A stretch of 64,000 bases of DNA, taken from positions 138,206 to 202,205 of IMG/VR virus record IMGVR_UViG_3300032281_000616, one strand, 5' to 3'. Shown piece by piece: positions 18,109 through 25,566 of the stretch. The translations under genes and the position numbers were made by a program. The notes under the pieces were generated by a model. That model had not been told where the DNA came from. It did not search any database and saw only the letters and a list, made by a program, of their open reading frames with translations. Within the stretch, counting starts at the first letter, position 1; every line of letters begins with the position of its first letter. The DNA is from a virus (Duplodnaviria; Caudoviricetes).

Positions 18109-18327
18109 TTAACCAAATCTTTTCTTAAAATATGTGTATTGTCTTTTTGTATCTAAAATAATTTTAATGTTTATTCTAGGCATACGTCCAAAATTATCTT
18201 CTTCGATATAATACTTGTAACCTTTCCGACCACAATAATACATTATACATGCAAACAGGTGTGGTTTATTCATCACACTATACATACAAATCACAGGATC
18301 AGGTGGAATATAAAATTTGGATTTCAT
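18109..18327 (-). CDS. hypothetical protein
   Basis: ORF; stop overlaps motif. Confidence 0.6.
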   Translation of the reverse strand: MKSKFYIPPDPVICMYSVMNKPHLFACIMYYCGRKGYKYYIEEDNFGRMPRINIKIILDTKRQYTYFKKRFG

Positions 18328-18773
18328 GTAAAACTAACGGTTTGTTTGAAACAGTCTGGTTTAGGAATTCTTTTGTATTGATAGTTTTCATCCATCTTAT
18401 ACCAAATCTCCCCATCTTCGGGATACTCGTCTCCCCAACAAATACCATCAATACAATTAAGATAGTGTTTCTCAATCAGAAGATATGTATAGTAACATTC
18501 ACAGATACCATAACAATCATTTTGATCCTCCACACATTTGATCAATAGATCTAAGTCGGTGAATGAACCACGATAAGCTTTACCGAAATATGTATCAGTT
18601 GGATCTGGTTTATTTTCAATCCACCAACGTTTACCAAACTCCATCTTTTCATCTTGAGTCATACCATTGATCAGATTTGTATACTCCTTTTCTTTCTCTC
18701 TACGAGCTTCCCATGCCTTAATATGAGAGTCTGAGAAGGCGATGAGATTGTAAATGTATTTTGGTGATTCCAT
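18324..18773 (-). CDS. hypothetical protein
   Basis: ORF. Confidence 0.7.
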   Translation of the reverse strand: MESPKYIYNLIAFSDSHIKAWEARREKEKEYTNLINGMTQDEKMEFGKRWWIENKPDPTDTYFGKAYRGSFTDLDLLIKCVEDQNDCYGICECYYTYLLIEKHYLNCIDGICWGDEYPEDGEIWYKMDENYQYKRIPKPDCFKQTVSFT

Positions 18774-18841
18774 AAGTTTGTCAGATTAGTTAATTTATTA
18801 AATCGATGAAGTTATTATATTCTAGTGTTTAATCATTTATG

Positions 18842-19222
18842 TTACACATATTTTTCAATAGCTTCTTTTAGACGAATTAAATCTCCTTTATCACAGTCTG
18901 GTGATTCAATCCATTGTATGATACCGCTTATGGCTTCATTACTAGTTCCACCAAATAAAAAAGATTCGATTGCATCAAGTCTATCCTGATACATTTTATC
19001 CAAGTCTGCTGTTTTGTTTACGATGCTTTCAAAGACTCTATCGTTTTCTTTGAAGTAATCACAAATTGAATCGTATTCATCATCCCTCAATAATCCGCTT
19101 TTGTAAAAGATTTCAGCTACCTTATATTTGTCTACGTATTCTTCCATATCATCAGAAAGATTGCATGCTTCCACCATGTCATATATAGACCCTACAACAT
19201 AACTCATTCTATCTTCATCCAT
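18842..19222 (-). CDS. hypothetical protein
   Basis: ORF. Confidence 0.65.
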   Translation of the reverse strand: MDEDRMSYVVGSIYDMVEACNLSDDMEEYVDKYKVAEIFYKSGLLRDDEYDSICDYFKENDRVFESIVNKTADLDKMYQDRLDAIESFLFGGTSNEAISGIIQWIESPDCDKGDLIRLKEAIEKYV

Positions 19223-19223
19223 A

Positions 19224-19541
19224 TTAGTTTTCTTTCAAAAATGCGCTTAAAATATCAACTTGAAACATACCAAAGAACATACCTTCCGCTTGCTTAGAAA
19301 AAGCGTAAAAATCAGCAGACTTAAATGCTACATCAGCGGGGTATACAAAAGCATACAGACGACCCTCATGAGATACGTTAATGAAATCTGGTTCGTATTC
19401 ACAAATCTTAGCGTCCTTAATTTGTTTATATAGCTTCTCACAACTCTCCTTAGAAGATGGTTGTTGACTAGCTAATATAAATCCCGGACGATCCGAATAC
19501 AGACTCTTAAGGTCTTCGATTGGTAGTTCTTTGTATGTCAT
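19224..19541 (-). CDS. hypothetical protein
   Basis: ORF. Confidence 0.65.
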   Translation of the reverse strand: MTYKELPIEDLKSLYSDRPGFILASQQPSSKESCEKLYKQIKDAKICEYEPDFINVSHEGRLYAFVYPADVAFKSADFYAFSKQAEGMFFGMFQVDILSAFLKEN

Positions 19542-19710
19542 TTTTAATAAAATTCAAATCCTTTTTACTATACCATCCAATCCAACTTTCATCAAATTCT
19601 ACAATATATTTTCTAATTTTAGAATCCCAACCACTTACAACACCCGTTTTATTGAATGTTAACATTTTGTTGTTTTTTATAGAGACTATAGTGTTTGTAT
19701 ATTTACTCAT
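19507..19710 (-). CDS. small SH3-like hypothetical protein
   Basis: KTGVVSGWD...YIVEFD; ATGA overlap. Confidence 0.5.
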   Translation of the reverse strand: MSKYTNTIVSIKNNKMLTFNKTGVVSGWDSKIRKYIVEFDESWIGWYSKKDLNFIKNDIQRTTNRRP

Positions 19711-20252
19711 ACCCTTATCCAATAGGTTTCGCCACCCGCAGAAATATCAAAGTAATCTGACTGAAGTTCTTGAGCAGCAGACTCCCAATCAATTTTCATA
19801 TGATTGAATGGCCATTGACCTGATTGGAATTCTTTAGGAAATTCACATACATCATTGGCTAATTGTTCTGCATATTCTGTAAAGTATGATTCGTGGATCA
19901 ACCCTTCTCCATAAGACCAATCAGGTGAATCCTCACCTTGAGAGATTACTTCAGTGAGTAGATCAAGTTCATCCTTATCAAAGGACTGATTGAATTGATC
20001 TAGAGCTTCTTGTGCTTCTTCGACAACTTCATGAAGTTCATTAAGTCTACGTCTAATAAACGCAACCGAATCATCATCCTCATCCTTACTGTCTGGATCA
20101 GTATCATTTTCTCGAAGAAAATCATCAAGATCTCCCTTAGCTTCTTCCAGTGCTTCCACTAAAGAATTATACTCGTCTTGTAATTCTTCATGGCGAGTAA
20201 TGATGTCGCGGGAATCGATGATATCGTCACCCCAATTGAAATCTGTTTTCAT
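19707..20252 (-). CDS. highly acidic protein (possible DNA-mimic/antirestriction type)
   Basis: very Asp/Glu-rich; C-terminal YAEQL...IDWExAAQEL resembles ArdA-like proteins. Confidence 0.6.
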   Translation of the reverse strand: MKTDFNWGDDIIDSRDIITRHEELQDEYNSLVEALEEAKGDLDDFLRENDTDPDSKDEDDDSVAFIRRRLNELHEVVEEAQEALDQFNQSFDKDELDLLTEVISQGEDSPDWSYGEGLIHESYFTEYAEQLANDVCEFPKEFQSGQWPFNHMKIDWESAAQELQSDYFDISAGGETYWIRV

Positions 20253-20280
20253 AGTGTTATTTTATTCTAGTGTTTTATAA

Positions 20281-20958
20281 TTAATATCCCCACGCTTCTA
20301 GCGTATGTTTAAATGGTTTACCTTTAATACCCATAACAAGATCAAGCATTTCCTTGGCAATATCATTGATTTCCTTTTGTGCATGATCCGAGTATCTTAG
20401 TTTCAACAAATTTGCAAAGCTTCTCATATTGAAACTAATATCTGCTTGGATCTGAGAATTGTATGTTTTGAAGAATCGGGCAGATTCTTTTGCTCTTTTG
20501 CGGCCAAGAGTAGGCTCAAGGTCTTTTAAACATTGATGATATAGCTGATTCCCCATTTCTGTGTATCTCTGTAGAATTTCACTCCAATTATCTCCAAGAT
20601 AGTAGTCTAGTTCTTGAGCGTCAGCTTTTATGTTTTCCCAATCTTGCGGGATATAATACTTATCTTCTTTAAGTTCCTTATATCTTGCGGATTCAGCATT
20701 CATACTAGAAATCCTATGTTTCAATAAATGAATATGTGAAGCAATATCTGTATCGACCAAAAAATGAACCATGCCTTTTTCAAAAGGTGTTTCGTGTCCA
20801 TTATCCCATAGATCTTTAATCAACTTGGGAATACGTTCTTCTTTATCAGGTGATAAATTTCTGCTTGTGCTAGTCCACGCTGAACATGCGATGATTTTAT
20901 CTGACCCATAGTATCCAATTAACGAAACGGTGTTGGAATTGTTATTAGTATTGTTCAT
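20281..20958 (-). CDS. thyX: flavin-dependent thymidylate synthase
   Basis: HETPFE, HLLKHRISSMNAESARY, FANLLKLRYSDHAQKEI. Confidence 0.92.
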   Translation of the reverse strand: MNNTNNNSNTVSLIGYYGSDKIIACSAWTSTSRNLSPDKEERIPKLIKDLWDNGHETPFEKGMVHFLVDTDIASHIHLLKHRISSMNAESARYKELKEDKYYIPQDWENIKADAQELDYYLGDNWSEILQRYTEMGNQLYHQCLKDLEPTLGRKRAKESARFFKTYNSQIQADISFNMRSFANLLKLRYSDHAQKEINDIAKEMLDLVMGIKGKPFKHTLEAWGY

Positions 20959-21640
20959 ATTTAAAATGTTTATATTTATTTGGTGGATTACCTTTTCGAA
21001 TGTTTAAAAGCGATGTTACACTGACCCCACTCAATCTACTCAATTCTTGTATTGAACCAGCTTCAATTTCGGTAGAGTCTATAATGTTGATTAATTTACA
21101 TTTTATAGATATGGGTGTTAACCTACCTTTCAATTTTTTACTTATATTTGGGCGTTTAGTTCCTTTAAGTTTGCTGGGAACCCCTCTCAATTTAGAAGAT
21201 CTTTTTTCTATTTGTTCTGGTGTAAAAACCTGTAATTTTCTTTTCTGTCTTATCTTTTCCTTTGTGGATTCTGAATGTATACGTCCTCGATTAGCATCCC
21301 CAATCTTTTTTTTATGTTCTTCGGATTTGGGTTTGTTCTGTTTCGGTGGTATATTTCCACCAGAAGCTATATTCATTCCAATACTTGCATCCGTGCTGTT
21401 TTTCTCATTTATCCAATAAATTTCGCGTTCAGATAAATCTTCTTCTGATACTTTCTCCAACACTTCAAATTTATGATTAGATACCCCATATTTTTTAAAT
21501 GAATTGTGTAGATATGGTTGATTTCTTGTATTACTTAAAAATCTATAATGCATCCACCTTTTATGAATATTTGCAGATAGCCCTATATAAATTTTATTAG
21601 AAGGACTTGTGATGATGTAAATACCTGATATGATTTCCAT
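20945..21640 (-). mobile_element. GIY-YIG homing endonuclease with NUMOD3-like repeats
   Basis: SGIYIIT...KIYIG; HSESTKEKI. Confidence 0.88.
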
Positions 21641-21717
21641 ATCATTATTTAATCTATCAACCTATTAATTCTACTTTATTATCCATATTATCAAAAATTA
21701 TTATCAGAAAACGTTTA

Positions 21718-21748
21718 TACTCTGCTCTGCCATCTGAGCTATACCTCC
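21718..21748 (-). ncRNA. isolated tRNA 5' half (acceptor 5' strand and D-arm)
   Basis: GGAGGTA-TA-GCTC-AGATGGCA-GAGC-A-GAGTA with no T-arm downstream. Confidence 0.55.
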
Positions 21749-21760
21749 GTTTTATATATG

Positions 21761-21878
21761 TGGAGGCAGGATGATTCGAACATCCGACACGAGGGATTCA
21801 TTCCTTAGTATTTGCTGTATGTTTTCTTATCAAGTTACATTTTTTGCTACGTGTCCTAGCCAATTAGACGATACCATC
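21761..21878 (-). ncRNA. 118-nt tRNA-like element with about 46 extra nt in the anticodon region and mismatched halves
   Basis: GTCT/GGAC D-arm, GGATG-TTCGAAT-CATCC T-arm; acceptor GATGGTA vs TGCCTCC has 2 mismatches. Confidence 0.5.
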
Positions 21879-21936
21879 TTTCATAGAAAGCGATGGCAGT
21901 GTTAACGGGAGTTGCTTTAAGTTTTGTTTCGAACAT
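21856..21936 (-). CDS. 26-aa leaderless ORF overlapping the tRNA-like element
   Basis: MFETKLKATPVNTAIAFYERWYRLIG; ATG 6 nt after motif -10. Confidence 0.4.
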   Translation of the reverse strand: MFETKLKATPVNTAIAFYERWYRLIG

Positions 21937-21971
21937 GTTGTTAGTTTAACTTAGTGTTTTACGAAGTCAAG

Positions 21972-22208
21972 TTAATTTAATTTATAATTGAAAAAGTTTT
22001 CGTCAGTTGATTTAACAACCCTAGATGGATCAAACTCTTCTCCGATAGTGCATTGGAATCCTTCGAAGATATATACAGCAACGTCTCCGTAAAGGGATTC
22101 CATAATTTCTTCAATATTTGAGCATTCGATCCAAGTTTTCTTAGTTAAGCAATGATGATGACTCCCAGAAATCCAACGATCTTCCCAAATCACGGTGTAT
22201 TGTTTCAT
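21972..22208 (-). CDS. hypothetical protein
   Basis: ORF plus motif. Confidence 0.65.
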   Translation of the reverse strand: MKQYTVIWEDRWISGSHHHCLTKKTWIECSNIEEIMESLYGDVAVYIFEGFQCTIGEEFDPSRVVKSTDENFFNYKLN

Positions 22209-22233
22209 GTCAGTAGTATAGTATAGTGTTTAA

Positions 22234-23034
22234 TCAATAATCTTGGCAAGGATCGTTATTATGTCCGGGAAACAGATCTTCTCCAGCCTGTAGTTTCTTT
22301 GAAATCACATAAGCAATTCCATCTTGGAAGATGTAGTTATCAATATCATTATAGTTAGTTAGATTGAAGTTATCAACCTTATCACAAGCCCACCATGAAC
22401 CATTTTTTTGTTGATCGGTGCATTCAATAGCCCAATTGTGATCAATTCTATAAAGCATTTCATGTCTTTCCACACGACATTTACCTTCTAGGTCCTTATG
22501 AGAGAAGAACTGCTCACAGAACATATTAAGACTATTACGTTCCCAATTCTTTACTCTCCATAGGAAGACATTAGCGACATCATCTTTAGGACATTGAAAT
22601 GCACGGGCATAAAATACAGCAGGTGTGGAATCCATATAATCCCACTGATTAAAATGTTCATGATTACTATGATCTTTAAGCAACCAATTTTTATTAAAGT
22701 ATGCTGTCATCATTGCAGCCGTAACACTTTCAATCTTATTCTGTCTACCACCAAACCATTGTTGAGTGTCAATAGTAGCATCATCAGTTAATACAAATGT
22801 TACTTCATCACTCTGAGCATACAGAGCTTTACATCCTTGCATTTGTTGTGCTACTTCTTTAGCAGAGTCAAACATACAAGTGATCAATGTTTGATCGAAT
22901 GGTCTTTGACAACCCTTAGTCCATGTATGAAAACTTTTCCCGTCAAGTCTCACAATAATTGGAGTCTTTGGTAGAAAGTAGTGTTCGTAAATACTTTCGT
23001 AATTTTTGCAGCGGTCGCCCAAATTGTCTTTCAT
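22234..23034 (-). CDS. thg1: tRNA-His guanylyltransferase Thg1-like protein
   Basis: IVRLDGKSFH, YAQSDEVTF, FxARAF, WRxxNWERN. Confidence 0.88.
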   Translation of the reverse strand: MKDNLGDRCKNYESIYEHYFLPKTPIIVRLDGKSFHTWTKGCQRPFDQTLITCMFDSAKEVAQQMQGCKALYAQSDEVTFVLTDDATIDTQQWFGGRQNKIESVTAAMMTAYFNKNWLLKDHSNHEHFNQWDYMDSTPAVFYARAFQCPKDDVANVFLWRVKNWERNSLNMFCEQFFSHKDLEGKCRVERHEMLYRIDHNWAIECTDQQKNGSWWACDKVDNFNLTNYNDIDNYIFQDGIAYVISKKLQAGEDLFPGHNNDPCQDY

Positions 23035-23055
23035 ATAAATAGTATATTCTAGTGT

Positions 23056-23211
23056 TTAATCGAGAGGATTCAGTTTTAGATAAGCATCTCGCCACAACAT
23101 AAACTCAAGATATTTTACGTATGTATACTTCTCTCTTTTCAACCACTTCATCCATTCTTCTTGAATTTTTTGATCTGGGTGTTGCTTAGATGGTAATGTC
23201 GGTTTTTTCAT
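23056..23211 (-). CDS. 51-aa protein (not in ORF track)
   Basis: MKKPTLPSKQH...; stop overlaps motif. Confidence 0.55.
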   Translation of the reverse strand: MKKPTLPSKQHPDQKIQEEWMKWLKREKYTYVKYLEFMLWRDAYLKLNPLD

Positions 23212-23393
23212 ACAATGTAATTCTTCTTTTGTGCTATCTCAATTGCCCGAGAACTACACGCCAATAGTCTTTCTATTAGTTCAATAGCTATGCATAGTTC
23301 TGTCTTTGCTTGTGCTTCTGTTAGTTCGGATACTAACTTAACACCATATTTGGGATTATCTACTTGATAATTTGACCAATCTTTTTTATTCAT
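23208..23393 (-). CDS. hypothetical protein
   Basis: ORF. Confidence 0.6.
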   Translation of the reverse strand: MNKKDWSNYQVDNPKYGVKLVSELTEAQAKTELCIAIELIERLLACSSRAIEIAQKKNYIV

Positions 23394-23400
23394 AAAGAGG

Positions 23401-23520
23401 TGGGTGGGTTAACTCATAATTGGTATATTCCAGCTAGGGTCACTCCATAACATCAAGGCGTCTGTCTTTACGTTTTTGACAAAAACTTGAAAACTGGATA
23501 TATACTTCATATGCCACCCA
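23401..23520 (-). ncRNA. structured RNA closed by TGGGTGG/CCACCCA
   Basis: terminal stem; internal GTATAT(A)TCCAG/CTGGAATATAC helix. Confidence 0.4.
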
Positions 23521-23529
23521 TTAAAAAAT

Positions 23530-23645
23530 TTTAAGTATATCAAATTCCTCTCTCATATGTATCAGGAGACTCTCCTAGTAGAGCTATGGCCATAGATACT
23601 TCGGTATTGATGTCGATGATAAACACTCCGAAGAGCATACTTAAA
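23530..23645 (-). ncRNA. structured RNA closed by TTTAAGTAT/ATACTTAAA
   Basis: 9-bp terminal stem; CTC-TTCG-GAG and AGGAG-AGT-CTCCT hairpins. Confidence 0.4.
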
Positions 23646-23648
23646 TGA

Positions 23649-23799
23649 TTGAGTGTGTGGAATTCGAATCCACGATTAACAGCTATAGACCATTTTGGGT
23701 ATATAAGGCATTCTCAACGTTCCCGAATACCTTATATATTATTCCCTCTCAGAGTTTTCGAATTACTCCAACCTCGTATCCACAGAGGATTACACTCAA
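23649..23799 (-). ncRNA. 151-nt tRNA-like RNA with 8-bp acceptor-like stem and T-arm
   Basis: TTGAGTGT/ACACTCAA; GTGGA-TTCGAAT-TCCAC; 14-bp internal stem TATATAAGGTATTC/GAATGCCTTATATA. Confidence 0.6.
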
Positions 23800-23805
23800 A
23801 TTATT

Positions 23806-24138
23806 TCACACATTCACATCTTCCCAACCAAGATGACCCTTGAGGGCAACATCTTCATATGGAAGATCCTTGAAGTATTTGATACAACGCTTTTCAAGGT
23901 TCTCAAAAGCTTCAAGGACAGATGCTTCACGATCCTTTACCGCAGGGAGTTTATAAGCTGGGGCTAGAGCGCGAGCAATCGCAATCTTTTCACCATGTTT
24001 TTTATCCCACTTATCTAGTCGAGTATTACATAGAGAAAAACCGTAATTGATTTTTCCTTCATGTTTGATAGCAACAGCAATTCCTTTCGGTTGGTTGGTT
24101 TCAGTGTTGCGAATGTATGTTTTGATAATGTCTTGCAT
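23806..24138 (-). CDS. hypothetical protein
   Basis: ORF plus motif. Confidence 0.7.
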   Translation of the reverse strand: MQDIIKTYIRNTETNQPKGIAVAIKHEGKINYGFSLCNTRLDKWDKKHGEKIAIARALAPAYKLPAVKDREASVLEAFENLEKRCIKYFKDLPYEDVALKGHLGWEDVNV

Positions 24139-24159
24139 ATCGTTATTTTAACTTAGTGT

Positions 24160-25158
24160 TCACAGATGAACAGTTGTAAGTCCATCAGTAGTTGTCCAAT
24201 ATTCTCCAAGTTGTTGAAGTGCATTCAATACTTGTTCCTTGGTCGCCCAATTAGGAGAGAAAATATTTTGGATTTGTCGAATAGTTACTTCTGTGTAACC
24301 TTCATCCCTCTTCTTAGTGAGATAATTATCAACCTTTGTTACAAAGGCATCTAATTCCTTAACAAGATCGGGAACAATTGTATTTTCTCCATCCTCATCA
24401 ACAACGGGTGCTGTAATTTCTTCTACAAAGTCTGACATAACTTCATATTTACACACACGAACCTTTTGACAATTACAATCAGATGGAACTGATACAACAT
24501 CAGCAGGATTGATCTTAACTACAATTAGTTTAGAGGCAAATCCCCTAGCATAATCAAGAGATCCAGCATGAAGACCGAATGAACAATGCTTTTCACGATT
24601 ATCATCAACATCACGACGACGAACTTCAATAACAGATCCTACTCCATTATAAATTTGTCCATCAGAATTAACATAACCCTGAATAACCTTAGTATTCAAA
24701 TTTCCATGTGACGAAAAATAGTTATAATTGACACCCTTATAGGCAAGGAAGCAACCATCTTCTGTGAGAGGTAGTTCCTTATAGTCTAGGAATTCTGTCA
24801 ATTCCTTCACACTCTGAGCACTTGGATTTTGCTCTAGGTTAGCCCAGAACTTCTCAAAGTGTTCCAATGGGAGTCCATCAGCGATGATAGACAAAACCTT
24901 ATCTGAGAAAGCTTTAGGAAGCTTCTCGCCCTTATAGAAGATTTCTTCACCTTGGATATCAAATCCTTCAGTTTCTTCGATAACCTTATCAGCCTTGACG
25001 ACCTTATTAAGGATCGCCTCGACCTCTGCTTCTTGCTCATCTTTTGGTAGTTGAAAGACTTTGATAATTTTTGGATATCGTTGATCAGTCTTCTCAACGC
25101 GGATATTCTTTCCGTTAATAAAAAGAATAATTGCTTCTGTGTTAATTGCGTATTTCAT
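24160..25158 (-). CDS. rIIB: rIIB-like protein
   Basis: FLAYKGV, DDNREKHCSFGLHAG, VKINPADVVSVPSD; follows rIIA. Confidence 0.8.
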   Translation of the reverse strand: MKYAINTEAIILFINGKNIRVEKTDQRYPKIIKVFQLPKDEQEAEVEAILNKVVKADKVIEETEGFDIQGEEIFYKGEKLPKAFSDKVLSIIADGLPLEHFEKFWANLEQNPSAQSVKELTEFLDYKELPLTEDGCFLAYKGVNYNYFSSHGNLNTKVIQGYVNSDGQIYNGVGSVIEVRRRDVDDNREKHCSFGLHAGSLDYARGFASKLIVVKINPADVVSVPSDCNCQKVRVCKYEVMSDFVEEITAPVVDEDGENTIVPDLVKELDAFVTKVDNYLTKKRDEGYTEVTIRQIQNIFSPNWATKEQVLNALQQLGEYWTTTDGLTTVHL

Positions 25159-25193
25159 AATCTATGTTTAGTATATCTTAGTGTTTTATAATG

Positions 25194-25436
25194 TCAACGG
25201 TTCATATTTGATTTAATTCCACCAACAGTCCTACGATACTTACCAAGAATATCATAAAGTGGATCTTGGTTCATCATAAGGAATGTCGCTACATCAGTAG
25301 CGGATAGAGAACCTTGACCTTTACCAGATGATTGTAGAAATCCTCTGATATTAAGCATCAGTTCATGTTGTTCAGCTTGTAGACGATCCATAAATAGTTT
25401 ACCGTCCTTAGTTTCGTATGATTTGACTTGCTTCAT
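25194..25436 (-). CDS. hypothetical protein (start MKQVKSYET)
   Basis: ATG 6 nt after motif. Confidence 0.7.
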   Translation of the reverse strand: MKQVKSYETKDGKLFMDRLQAEQHELMLNIRGFLQSSGKGQGSLSATDVATFLMMNQDPLYDILGKYRRTVGGIKSNMNR

Positions 25437-25475
25437 ATTGTTATTATATTCTAGTGTTTTATAAATTGAATTGGG

Positions 25476-25490
25476 TGGGAGCGTCCTCCC
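25476..25490 (-). terminator. short GC hairpin
   Basis: GGGAG-GACG-CTCCC. Confidence 0.35.
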
Positions 25491-25560
25491 ATAATGATAT
25501 TGGATTCGAACCAATTACTAACCCGATCAGGCTTGGAAGTCACCATGCTTCTCATCATTC
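25491..25560 (-). ncRNA. degenerate 70-nt tRNA-like element (possible anticodon GAT)
   Basis: GAATGAT/ATCATTA, D-arm GAAG/CTTC, T-arm ATTGG-TTCGAAT-CCAAT; weak anticodon stem. Confidence 0.45.
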
Positions 25561-25566
25561 CCAAAA

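Noticed and set aside
5851-21820. Trans pairing between GCTGTAT (about 5852) and ATACAGC in the tRNA-like insert (about 21813)
   Set aside because: Only 7 bp, which is expected by chance.
5684-23843. ORFs 5684..5869, 23645..23836 and 23649..23843
   Set aside because: They overlap structured tRNA-like RNAs on the opposite strand and have atypical composition.
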